A DNA stretch of 32,000 bases from Breznakia sp. PF5-3 (GCF_029504745.1 NZ_JAQFIQ010000011.1:22607-54606); one strand, 5' to 3'. Shown: positions 8,251 to 17,682, numbered from the stretch's first letter. The notes: a model not told the origin generated them from the letters alone. A program made the numbers and translations.

Positions 8251-10278
8251 ATGAATGAAAGTCTTAACGATTGGTATATAGATCGAGCTAGTAATGTATA
8301 TGTCGATGGATTTGAAGATATGCTAATCTTTTTTTATAAAAACTGTAAAGAGAAAATTAGTAGTTCTAGTTTATCCAATTTAATAACTTTAGATAATAAG
8401 CTTAAATTTTCTAAAGGCAACCCAAATGCAACATTAACACACTATAGAGATATTGGGGTATTAAACAAAGAGAATAAAATAGGTTCATCGGCAAGTGAGT
8501 TTGTCAATGGAAAACTTGATTTATCTTCACTTATAATTGATTTGTTTTTTAGACGATTTTCGAAAAAACAACATACTAGTAAGGTTGTCCGTCCTTTTGT
8601 TGTTATATGTAAATTTTTTGATATTTTATTCAAAATGGAAATTGATAAAGATGATGTATTTTTAAATAGTAGAGAATGTATAAAATATTTGTATCTTATA
8701 AATGAGTATGCTGAACTAGATTTTGAGTATGTTGAAGATATGCTTTCTAATCGAATATATGATGCAAAAAATAATAAAATAGGTAGCTATGAATTTAAAT
8801 CCAATGAGGCAACTAATATAAATATATGGTTTAATGCTCTAAGGGAAACTCCATTATTTTTGCCAGTAGATGGAAACAAGGAAAATTTATTCCCTAATGT
8901 TGATCAAAGAGAATTTTTTGCATTTGTAGCAGCCAATGGAGAATTTGTATCAAGTAAAAAAATTGAAAACAGTGAAGATTTATATAATTATTATTGTAAC
9001 AAAAATTTTGGAATTACAGAAATATTGCCTAGGGTTATTTTAAAAGAGGCAAAAATTACAGATGAAAAAGAAATAGAAAAAATATTTGATTATTTATTCG
9101 GTTATAAAATGTTTAAAGATTTTGAGTATTTTAGATATTTCAAATACCCTTGTTTTGGAGTGTATTTTCCTTTTATTTCAGTCCCTCAAATTGCTATTAG
9201 ACAAATAGATTATGATAATCCTAATATTGGTAATAGTTTGTATCAATATTTGAGAGATTATAAGAAAGTAATACAAAGAAGGGAGAATTCAATGAGCAAT
9301 TTGTTGGCAGATAATTCTAGTGTATTTAATGATATTAAATGTAATAAATTGGATTACAATATTCAAAATTTATATTTTGGTGCTCCAGGTACAGGTAAAA
9401 GTCATAGAGTTGATGAACTTATAATGGAATGTTATCCAGATGTTAAAATCAAAGATAATCCATTTGTGTTCAAAACAACTATATATTTAGATTATTCTTA
9501 CTATAACTTTATAGGAAATATTATGCCTACTTCCCAAAATGGTGAAATTGGATATGATTTTAAGGCTGGTGTTTTTACACAATCACTTGCAAGAGCTTGT
9601 GAGTATAAGGATAAAGAAATATTTTTGATTGTTGAAGAAATGTCTAGAGGAAATATAGCAAGTATATTTGGAGATGTATTCCAATTGTTAGATCGTGATG
9701 AGAATGGTAATAGTGAATACTCTATAAATAATGATTTAATTTCAAAACATTTGGATGATGAAGAAATAAACATTGGAAATAAAATCTATTTACCTAGAAA
9801 TTTCCACATTATGGGCACTGTAAACACAAGCGATCAAAATGTAAATGTTATAGATACAGCATTTAAACGAAGGTTTGAATTCATCTATGTTGATGTAAGC
9901 CCTGTCTACAATGCTGATAGAACTTTAAAGAATACATATAAATTTAAATTAGCTGATAAAGAATTTGAATGGAATAACTTATATATGGCTTTAAATGAAT
10001 TAATCACAACTAAAATGGAGCTGAGCGAAGATAAGCAAATTGGGCAGTTTTTTATAAAATTCAACAATTATCAGAATGATGAACAGAAATTTAAAGCAAT
10101 ACAAAATAAATTATTACATTATTTATGGGATGATGTTCAAGGAGCAAGTATCTCAGATGAATATTCGATATTTGATAAAAATTATAAGACTTTCTCATTA
10201 CTATATAAAGATTTTGAAGGAAAGAAAAATGTATTTAGTGAAGAATTGATTGCTTTATATGATAAACAATCATTATAG
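8251..10278 (+). CDS. McrB-family AAA+ (GTPase-type) restriction subunit, LlaJI.R1/BsuMI YdiS-like
   Basis: 675 aa. Walker A GAPGTGKSH (9379-9405). McrB-like signature LIVEEMSRGNIASIFGDVFQLLDRD and MGTVNTSDQNVNVIDTAFKRRFEF. A ~360-aa N-terminal domain has no recognisable motif. Confidence 0.85.
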   Translation: MNESLNDWYIDRASNVYVDGFEDMLIFFYKNCKEKISSSSLSNLITLDNKLKFSKGNPNATLTHYRDIGVLNKENKIGSSASEFVNGKLDLSSLIIDLFFRRFSKKQHTSKVVRPFVVICKFFDILFKMEIDKDDVFLNSRECIKYLYLINEYAELDFEYVEDMLSNRIYDAKNNKIGSYEFKSNEATNINIWFNALRETPLFLPVDGNKENLFPNVDQREFFAFVAANGEFVSSKKIENSEDLYNYYCNKNFGITEILPRVILKEAKITDEKEIEKIFDYLFGYKMFKDFEYFRYFKYPCFGVYFPFISVPQIAIRQIDYDNPNIGNSLYQYLRDYKKVIQRRENSMSNLLADNSSVFNDIKCNKLDYNIQNLYFGAPGTGKSHRVDELIMECYPDVKIKDNPFVFKTTIYLDYSYYNFIGNIMPTSQNGEIGYDFKAGVFTQSLARACEYKDKEIFLIVEEMSRGNIASIFGDVFQLLDRDENGNSEYSINNDLISKHLDDEEINIGNKIYLPRNFHIMGTVNTSDQNVNVIDTAFKRRFEFIYVDVSPVYNADRTLKNTYKFKLADKEFEWNNLYMALNELITTKMELSEDKQIGQFFIKFNNYQNDEQKFKAIQNKLLHYLWDDVQGASISDEYSIFDKNYKTFSLLYKDFEGKKNVFSEELIALYDKQSL

Positions 10279-10288
10279 AGGTAGAACT

Positions 10289-11494
10289 ATGAATCAACAG
10301 AAAATAGAAATAATTAATGATGGTCATACTGTTGATGAAGAATTCGTGAATTCATGGGAAATTCTTGATTATTGTGATCAGTATAATGGTAAGATAACAA
10401 TATCGTTTGTAGGAGTAATAATTAAAAATAAGAACATTTTATTTTCTTTTCCAAAATATTATAAAGTTGCAGAAATAAAAGAAGAACAAAAATTCTGCAT
10501 GGAGCAAATATTATATATTCTATCAAAGAATAAAGCTACTTATGGAAGTTTTGATAAAGGCTTAAAAGGAGAATTCCCAGTAAAATCTTATCATGATATC
10601 TTAAATTATTATAAAAAATATGGATTATATTTATCGAATGAAAGTTATTTTAAAAATGGTTACGAAGGCAATGTGGATTGGAGCGGAACAATAAATAAGT
10701 CTAATAAATTAGTTCAAAAAAATGGTGTGATTTTCTTTCCTTTTGTAATAAAGAAAACTAGAAATAAAAGTGTTTTTATAAGTGAGTGTATGGGCTATGT
10801 ATTAGCAGATGCGAGTAATTATAGCGATTTCATCACAACTATATTTCCTTATGAATATGAAAATAAAAATCCTATGTTTAGAAATTTAAGATATATAATA
10901 AGTGAATTGAAAAAGATGCGTAATCTTTATTTCAAAGACATCGAAAAGAAACTCATCAATAATCTAATCAATTATCTTGAATGGAAAAGCAGATCTAAAG
11001 ATAATGTTAGGTTATTGACTCTCAAATTTGAAAATTATTGGGAAACAATGATTAACGAATATCTTAATGATAGATTTGTTAAAATTCGTAATGACCAAAT
11101 TGTTTGGGGAAAATCAAAAGGTGTTATATTTTGTAAACCTGATAAGGAACATGTAGAAAGCAATGAAACGGTCAAAAAAGCAAAGAATAGAAATCTATAT
11201 AAAATACAATATGATCATTTTTCGCTCGACAATAAAAATAAAAAGGTATTAATTTTTGATTCAAAGTATTTTAATAACGAAGTGAATAAGTTAAATTATA
11301 AACAATTATTTTACCATTACAATTTAATGAAACAGTACAAAGGTTACACAATCTATAATGGATTGTTAATCCCTGCTAATAAAGAATACTATACAAAGGT
11401 TCATATTGATAGGGTAGACTTAGACGGAGTAAGAATTATAGAGCACTATATAAATCTTAATGATGTTTTAAATCATTATTTAAAGAAAATATAA
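10289..11494 (+). CDS. LlaJI.R2/McrC-like PD-(D/E)xK nuclease subunit
   Basis: The position directly after the McrB-like gene matches McrC/LlaJI.R2/YdjA. The C-terminal motif ...KVLIFDSKYF... fits the (D/E)xK core. ATG 10289 follows an AGAGG SD (ORF-track start 10250). Confidence 0.6.
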   Translation: MNQQKIEIINDGHTVDEEFVNSWEILDYCDQYNGKITISFVGVIIKNKNILFSFPKYYKVAEIKEEQKFCMEQILYILSKNKATYGSFDKGLKGEFPVKSYHDILNYYKKYGLYLSNESYFKNGYEGNVDWSGTINKSNKLVQKNGVIFFPFVIKKTRNKSVFISECMGYVLADASNYSDFITTIFPYEYENKNPMFRNLRYIISELKKMRNLYFKDIEKKLINNLINYLEWKSRSKDNVRLLTLKFENYWETMINEYLNDRFVKIRNDQIVWGKSKGVIFCKPDKEHVESNETVKKAKNRNLYKIQYDHFSLDNKNKKVLIFDSKYFNNEVNKLNYKQLFYHYNLMKQYKGYTIYNGLLIPANKEYYTKVHIDRVDLDGVRIIEHYINLNDVLNHYLKKI

Positions 11495-11753
11495 ACAGAG
11501 ATAAATTTGTTTGGAAGCATAAGAATGGGAAATGTAACAGTTTGGTTGACAAATAGTTAAGATATATGGGATTAAATAAAAAATCAATAAGGCACTTCAT
11601 GAAAAGAATAAACGATAATAAAGCATACTAAAACACATCGAGAGTGTAAAATATTTTGTGTAACTCATTAGCCTATTGGAAAATTTTCAATGGTCATTTA
11701 TTAAGACATAATCGTTTACGACTTATACTAGCGTAAGCGACATAAATTACACA

Positions 11754-11782
11754 TTGATAAATTAGGCTTTATAGTATATAAT
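11754..11782 (+). promoter_or_regulatory. Near-consensus sigma-A promoter (TTGATA - 17 nt - TATAAT)
   Basis: -35 TTGATA at 11754-11759, exact 17-nt spacer, -10 TATAAT at 11777-11782. The predicted TSS is about 11787-11790. Confidence 0.6.
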
Positions 11783-11831
11783 TCTCGTTATAGGGCAAAA
11801 GGGATATCAAATATTAATAATATGAGTAAGG

Positions 11832-11866
11832 GCAATATTTATATTTTGAATAAATATTGCTTTTTT
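11832..11866 (+). terminator. Intrinsic terminator/attenuator hairpin in the leader of the KAP NTPase gene
   Basis: A 10-bp perfect stem GCAATATTTA/TAAATATTGC with a 9-nt loop, followed by TTTTTT (11861-11866). The stem is AT-rich, with only 2 GC pairs. Confidence 0.55.
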
Positions 11867-11912
11867 GTGTGTTTATAATTTATATATTTGCTAAAAAATT
11901 ATGGAGGAAAAA

Positions 11913-14339
11913 ATGAAAAAAATAATAGAAAAAATAAAAATAAGTGGGGGAAGAAGTTTCCTTATTACTCTACTAGTATGTGTGGCAGTAGTATTTTTGC
12001 TATATTTGATTGCAGTATTAATTTCTTTTGACGAGAATAGCAGAACTTCTTCAAACACAGCGTTATTGAAAATATTCATATTTACTATATCTTCTTTTTC
12101 ATGTGTAATAATAACTTTTGGATTGCATGTGTTAAGTGAGAAAATAAAAATAGACTTTAAGTCTTTTACCTCTACAGTAAAAAAAATGTTATTTAATGAA
12201 TATAAGAACTTAGTAATTTTGGTACCGCTTTTGTTTTCAATACCATCATTCATTATGTTAATTTACTTATGCTCTAAAGTAGATACAAATTATTATTTGT
12301 ATACGATTTACATAATATTTACCCATTTTATTTTATGTGTCGTAGGAATGGATTTTTTGCATTTTAGACGACTTTCAGAAAAAATATTACAAATAAAAAA
12401 ACAAGAGAAGCCAATTAGTAATTCTTTGTTAAGCAAATTAAGGCAAGGTTTCAGTTCGTTTATATACTTTCTATTTTTTCAATTAAAAGCATATTTTAGA
12501 TTTTGTGTTTTATTATTATTAGTAGTAATGTTTTTTTTGTATTGTTTTTATAATAGGTTAGCTAATGATTTATCCAGCGGATGGAGTGAGTATTTTTTTG
12601 CTACATTAATTATGATTATATTGATGTACATAATTATCTATCTTTTTAGCATTCGTAAGCATCCACCATTAAAGCATCAATTGGAAAAAATGCCTATAAA
12701 AGGATTTAATATTGATATTGATACACTTAAAAATGAACCTATTTATGTAATGGAAATCAGTAAAGAATCTAATCCTTACTTATTTGAGGTTAATGTAGAC
12801 TCACTTTTTGGTGAAAATGCAGTAGATAGAAACCTACACATAGAAGGAGCATATCAACCTTCATATATCGACAATGCCAACAATGGAGAAATAAAGGTTA
12901 ATGATAAAATATTACTTTTATGTGATATAAATGAGAGTGAAAAGCATAATATTATTAGATTAAAAATACATTTATCATATAAAAATCAAAATTACCAAAA
13001 TAGAAAATGCTCATCTTTTCTAAAAAAAAGAAATTATGAATATAAATATTATGAAATTTTATTGGGATTTACTATATATTCCACATTGTTGATCCCTTCC
13101 GAGAAGTATCAAGTGGAATTTAAAAAACATAGTTTCAAGAGGAAAAGTATCAATCAAAAAATAGCAATGCTTAATAAGGGTGAAGTTGATGATAAGTATT
13201 TATTTAGAAAATTGATACTTAACTCAATTTCTAAAATTTATTATTTTAATGATTTGAGCAATACAATCGATTTAAATAAAAAAGTATTAGACAATCGTAA
13301 AGTTTTGCTCCATGATAGTTCTTTTGGAATGGGAAAAACTACCTATGATGTAATGTCTATTGTTAATCAAGAAAAGATTCCAATTGTTGTTTCTCCATGG
13401 GAATCAAATTTTGATCATGATATATTATATTTGATATTTGACTCAGTCAGAACAGAAACTTCAACAAAGAAATTTTCAACTTTTAGAGATGGCATTATGT
13501 TCTTTTATCTTATTGTCACTGCAATATATCCATTTTTTGTTGATCACTTTACAACGGTTTTTACTAATACAGTGGAAATAGTTAGTGAAGCATTTGTAAT
13601 GTTTTTTAATTTAGAAAAATTCGAAATATATAGGATTATTTCAAGAAAATTTGATGAGATAATATCTGCGTTGCATAGAGTTATGCCATTTATCATAGGA
13701 ATAGTGATGTATTTTGTAATAATACTTATAGCAAGATGGATATTTAAAAAAATTATACCTAGTTTGATAATTTTTAAAAAAGATTATACGAAGATTTATA
13801 AGACTTTTTTCATTGATTCAATTATGGAAATGTTAAGCAAAAATCCAAACTATATCTTATTAGTGGAAGACGTTGATAGATTGGAAAATAATGCACAAAA
13901 CGAAACTTTCAGAATTTTAAGCTCCATTAATACACTACTTCCAAAATATTCAGAATTATTTTGTCTTCTATCTTATGATACAAAGGAAGCAGATAGTCCT
14001 AACAAAATTGATTATAAAGTGATAAATAATAAAATCATTTATAGAAAATGGGGAGAAAAGTATGAAAAAGAACAATCTATGAAAAAGTATATATCATTTA
14101 TTTTTAATATGATTGCTTTGTTATATGAACACAATGAGGGGTATAGTGTTCAAATAAATAAATTGGAGGAAGAAGTAAAAAATAGTGGTGATGAAAGTGG
14201 GATTAATTTTCGAGATATACACTCAATTTTACAAGCTATTTTAAATGATCTTGACGAAAAAGGTACTTTGGATTTGTCAGTTGATGAAATGAAAAATATA
14301 ATGGATATTCATATTGATAAGTATATTGCATCTAATTAG
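11913..14339 (+). CDS. KAP-family P-loop NTPase with a polytopic N-terminal membrane domain
   Basis: About six to seven hydrophobic helices occupy the first ~250 aa. Walker A SSFGMGKTT (13317-13343) and Walker B ILLVEDVDR (13854-13880) are separated by two further hydrophobic helices (IMFFYLIVTAIYPFFV, VMPFIIGIVMYFVIILIARWIF), which is the KAP hallmark. ATG 11913 lies 4 nt after GGAGG. Confidence 0.75.
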   Translation: MKKIIEKIKISGGRSFLITLLVCVAVVFLLYLIAVLISFDENSRTSSNTALLKIFIFTISSFSCVIITFGLHVLSEKIKIDFKSFTSTVKKMLFNEYKNLVILVPLLFSIPSFIMLIYLCSKVDTNYYLYTIYIIFTHFILCVVGMDFLHFRRLSEKILQIKKQEKPISNSLLSKLRQGFSSFIYFLFFQLKAYFRFCVLLLLVVMFFLYCFYNRLANDLSSGWSEYFFATLIMIILMYIIIYLFSIRKHPPLKHQLEKMPIKGFNIDIDTLKNEPIYVMEISKESNPYLFEVNVDSLFGENAVDRNLHIEGAYQPSYIDNANNGEIKVNDKILLLCDINESEKHNIIRLKIHLSYKNQNYQNRKCSSFLKKRNYEYKYYEILLGFTIYSTLLIPSEKYQVEFKKHSFKRKSINQKIAMLNKGEVDDKYLFRKLILNSISKIYYFNDLSNTIDLNKKVLDNRKVLLHDSSFGMGKTTYDVMSIVNQEKIPIVVSPWESNFDHDILYLIFDSVRTETSTKKFSTFRDGIMFFYLIVTAIYPFFVDHFTTVFTNTVEIVSEAFVMFFNLEKFEIYRIISRKFDEIISALHRVMPFIIGIVMYFVIILIARWIFKKIIPSLIIFKKDYTKIYKTFFIDSIMEMLSKNPNYILLVEDVDRLENNAQNETFRILSSINTLLPKYSELFCLLSYDTKEADSPNKIDYKVINNKIIYRKWGEKYEKEQSMKKYISFIFNMIALLYEHNEGYSVQINKLEEEVKNSGDESGINFRDIHSILQAILNDLDEKGTLDLSVDEMKNIMDIHIDKYIASN

Positions 14340-14449
14340 TAAAATTATTATGTATGATAGGATTCAGAGATTAATGATGAAAAGGAGTAAGAAAATTTCT
14401 TCTTATTCAATAATCTAATTCCTTTTTGATCATGTTTGAAAAATTTCTA

Positions 14450-14458
14450 TGCTATAAT
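14450..14458 (+). promoter_or_regulatory. Extended -10 promoter element (TGcTATAAT) upstream of the GmrSD gene
   Basis: TGCTATAAT lies 46 nt upstream of ATG 14505. TTGAAA at 14436-14441 is too close (11 nt) to serve as a -35. Confidence 0.4.
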
Positions 14459-14504
14459 ATATTGATAAAAACTATACATTTAAAAATAATAAGGAGGAGG
14501 GACT

Positions 14505-16553
14505 ATGGAATCAAACCCAAGAAAATTACTAGATGAATTCATTCCAGAGGCAATGGGAAAGCAATTTGTCATTCCTGTTTATCAGCGAAAATATACGTGG
14601 ACAGTGAAAAAGCAGTTAGTACAATTAATGAAAGATTTGCTTGATCTCATTAATGATGAAACAAAACAGAAACAGCATTTTTTAGGCACAGTTGTGTATC
14701 TTGAAAATGTCGTTGAGTATAAAACAGAACGATCAATAGTGGATGGACAACAACGATTGGTAACGATGTTTTTAATTGCTCATGCTATGAAATCAATAGC
14801 TGATAATGAATACCGTTCAAGGGAGATTGATGAAACATATTTACAGAATTTTGCTGAATCAGAAGGAAGTAGATATCGTCAGCGACTATATCCATCAGTA
14901 GCAGATGGAAATGATTATCTTATTATAGCTGAAAGTAGGTATGATGAAATTGACAATAACAATAGGAGTAATATTGTCCAAAATTTTCTATATTTGCAAG
15001 AAGAGTTAAAGAAGTTAGTTGAGGAATATACTTTTGATCGTGTTTTATATGCTTTGAAGAGATTTTCAATTGTTTATATCAAATTAGATGACCGAGATAA
15101 TGCCCAACAAATTTTTGAAAGTATTAATTCAACTGGAGAAAGACTTACCGCATCAGATTTGATTCGTAATTTTATCATGATGGATAAGTCAAACGAAGAA
15201 CAAACTATTCTCTATAATAAGTATTGGCGCAGACTTGAAGAAATATTTGATAACTCAAAGGGAATGGAAGATTTTTTTAGATATTATCTTGCAGCTATCA
15301 CTGGTGAATATTCAGCAAAGCATGTTCTTTATCAAGCATTTAAAAACTATTGGCATGAAGAGAGTAATCTATCGACTGATGCAGAGTTACTACAAAAGCT
15401 TGTTAGATATTCAGATTATTTTGATAAACTTTATTATCAAGCGCCTGCTGGAAAATATGCGGAAATTTTAAGTGATTTCCAAAATATGGAAAGTATGATG
15501 CCTGCTCCATTTGTATTAGGACTCTCAGAATGGTATTATCACGATGAAAAAATAACTGAAGATCAATTTTATTCAGTTATTAAAATAGTAAATAATTATC
15601 AAATTCGTAGATATTTTAATGGAGATGATACAAGCAGAGTTTCAAAGGCTTTCCCTTCATATCTAAAAAATGTAAGAAAATATGCTGAAGTAAATGGGTT
15701 TGATAATATTGCTGATATTGTAATTTATGTATTAGTTACGAGAAATCAATCTAATAATATGGCTCTTCCTTCAGATAAGGCATTGAAATCTAATTTGATT
15801 AATGCGAATGCATACTCAATGAGGCTATTACGGTGGTTACTTGAAAAAATAGAAAATAGAGATAATAGTGCAAAATTAGATATGAATAATTTATCAATTG
15901 AACATATTATGCCACAAACTAGTACCCCATATTGGGAAGAAAAAGCAGGTGTTAATGGGGAGGAATATACAGGTCTAGTGAATACAATAGGAAACTTAAC
16001 ATTGGTGACGAAACCTGATAATTCAGCAGCAGGAAACAAGGATTTTGAAACTAAAAAGAAGATTTTTGAAGATACACTTCATATTCATATGAATAAGAAT
16101 TTATATGATATGGATGAGTGGACGTTCAACACCATTTTAAAAAGAAGTAATAATTTTGTTGATGAATTAATTGAAATGTACCCATACCTTCGTTCTGAAA
16201 CAGATTACAATGATGGAGGAAATAGAATAATCTTCCTTGAAGCACAAGGAATTAAGGCAACAGGATATTTAAATGAAGATGAAACGGTTGTTATCTATTC
16301 AGGCTCTGAAATCTATTCAAAAATAAAAGATATAGGTTCAGACTCACTTGGTGAAACTAGGCAGGAGCTTTTAGATAATGGAATTATAGAAGAAACAATC
16401 GGAGGTCTACAATTTGCACAAGATTATATCGCTTCATCTGTTTCAAATGCAGCAGATTTATTGCTTGGTGGAAGTAGAAACGGCTGGACCTATTGGAAGG
16501 ATGAAAATGGCAAAAGCATCGATGAATTATTTCGAAAAAATGGAAGACAATAA
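14505..16553 (+). CDS. GmrSD-family type IV restriction enzyme (DUF262 + DUF1524) with a DUF4357-like C-terminal extension
   Basis: DUF262 motifs: FVIPVYQRKYTW, VDGQQRLVT, IFESINSTGERLTASDLIRNF. DUF1524 His-Me motifs: SIEHIMPQ ... IGNLTLVTKPDNSAAGNKDF. The tail ...FAQDYIASSVSNAADLLLGGSRNGWTYWKDENGKSIDELF resembles DUF4357. Confidence 0.9.
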   Translation: MESNPRKLLDEFIPEAMGKQFVIPVYQRKYTWTVKKQLVQLMKDLLDLINDETKQKQHFLGTVVYLENVVEYKTERSIVDGQQRLVTMFLIAHAMKSIADNEYRSREIDETYLQNFAESEGSRYRQRLYPSVADGNDYLIIAESRYDEIDNNNRSNIVQNFLYLQEELKKLVEEYTFDRVLYALKRFSIVYIKLDDRDNAQQIFESINSTGERLTASDLIRNFIMMDKSNEEQTILYNKYWRRLEEIFDNSKGMEDFFRYYLAAITGEYSAKHVLYQAFKNYWHEESNLSTDAELLQKLVRYSDYFDKLYYQAPAGKYAEILSDFQNMESMMPAPFVLGLSEWYYHDEKITEDQFYSVIKIVNNYQIRRYFNGDDTSRVSKAFPSYLKNVRKYAEVNGFDNIADIVIYVLVTRNQSNNMALPSDKALKSNLINANAYSMRLLRWLLEKIENRDNSAKLDMNNLSIEHIMPQTSTPYWEEKAGVNGEEYTGLVNTIGNLTLVTKPDNSAAGNKDFETKKKIFEDTLHIHMNKNLYDMDEWTFNTILKRSNNFVDELIEMYPYLRSETDYNDGGNRIIFLEAQGIKATGYLNEDETVVIYSGSEIYSKIKDIGSDSLGETRQELLDNGIIEETIGGLQFAQDYIASSVSNAADLLLGGSRNGWTYWKDENGKSIDELFRKNGRQ

Positions 16554-16627
16554 TAAGAAATAGGAAGAATCAGTTTCGTTTTATAATGAAATGAATAATC
16601 TTTTTTCTTGGTAAAAGGAGGGAAACA

Positions 16628-17599
16628 ATGGAAAAGGAAGCAACAATTTTAGTGGGGAATGGTTTTAATTTTTTTATTAGTAATTATGTTAATAATTCTT
16701 ATTATTATGAAGAAATTATAAAAAAATTAAAAACTTCATTAATTTATCACAGCGAGGAAAAGTTAAAAGAAATTTTAGAAAACATACAATGTGTTTTAAA
16801 GGAATATTGTTCTTTACTTGATGGGATAACATTATCAACTGATTATAATAAAACAGGAGAATATTTATTACAACAATTATCAGATTTTTGCGATAAGATA
16901 AATGATCCTTCTGGATTGGTATCTATTGAAAAAGCAATATGTGAGAAAATAAAAAAGGATATGTATACAAGTGAGAAAGATTCGAATATTCAAAGCATAC
17001 CAGTTACAATCAGAACCATTTTCAAATATTATAATGAGTATTTTTCAGAAAAGTTTGTGGAGCTTATGAAAAATCAAGAAATAGCAAAAACGAATGTAAT
17101 AACTACGAATTATGATGGTATTGTAGAAGAGGTGTTTAAAAAGAGTTTAAGAGGAAAAACAATACATGAGATAAATTATATTCCTCTACATGGGGAGTAC
17201 TATAATAAAAATATTATTTGCTCAGCACCAGCATTTAAAGAGGGGAAAATTAATTCTGATTTATTAAATCAACTAGATGATGGATTAAATAAGTCAGAAA
17301 TAATAATTCTGTTTGGTATTGGATTAACATCAGATCCGCATATATTGAAGCGGCTTAATGAAGTCTATGAAAAGAAAATTATAATTATTGATGCTTGCCG
17401 CGAGCAATATTTGCAACGAAATTATTATCTATCAGATTCAGAAAAATTAGGGTTTGATTTTCTGTTTAATAATTCAATTTATTTCATTAATACAGGAAAG
17501 CCTACATTTACCAATGATTATATGGAAAAGCCAATAGAAACACCTATTCAATTATTGAATAAGTTATCGAATATTTTAAATAATCAAATGAAAGGATAA
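16628..17599 (+). CDS. AbiH-like / SIR2_2-like abortive-infection candidate
   Basis: 323 aa. N-terminal ILVGNGFNFF (an AbiH-type GNGF[DN] motif), then ITTNYDGIVEEVF, IPLHGEY and IIILFGIGLTSDPHIL. This motif order is shared by AbiH and SIR2_2 families, and the two cannot be separated by eye. Confidence 0.6.
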   Translation: MEKEATILVGNGFNFFISNYVNNSYYYEEIIKKLKTSLIYHSEEKLKEILENIQCVLKEYCSLLDGITLSTDYNKTGEYLLQQLSDFCDKINDPSGLVSIEKAICEKIKKDMYTSEKDSNIQSIPVTIRTIFKYYNEYFSEKFVELMKNQEIAKTNVITTNYDGIVEEVFKKSLRGKTIHEINYIPLHGEYYNKNIICSAPAFKEGKINSDLLNQLDDGLNKSEIIILFGIGLTSDPHILKRLNEVYEKKIIIIDACREQYLQRNYYLSDSEKLGFDFLFNNSIYFINTGKPTFTNDYMEKPIETPIQLLNKLSNILNNQMKG

Positions 17600-17682
17600 A
17601 TCATTTGAGGATAATAGTTTTTTAGGCACATTTTTTGCTCTATTACTATGTTAATATTATATATCATAGTGATATGGCAAAC

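Noticed and set aside
11679-11688. Palindrome GAAAATTTTC with partially symmetric flanks (ATTG...CAAT) in the KAP upstream gap.
   Set aside because: It is a low-complexity A/T palindrome. Symmetry does not extend cleanly beyond 10 bp, and it has no positional relation to a promoter.
11891-12253. Minus-strand 120-aa ORF antisense to the start of the KAP NTPase gene.
   Set aside because: It lies entirely inside a longer sense ORF that has an SD and recognisable NTPase motifs. The region is extremely AT-rich, which produces long spurious frames.
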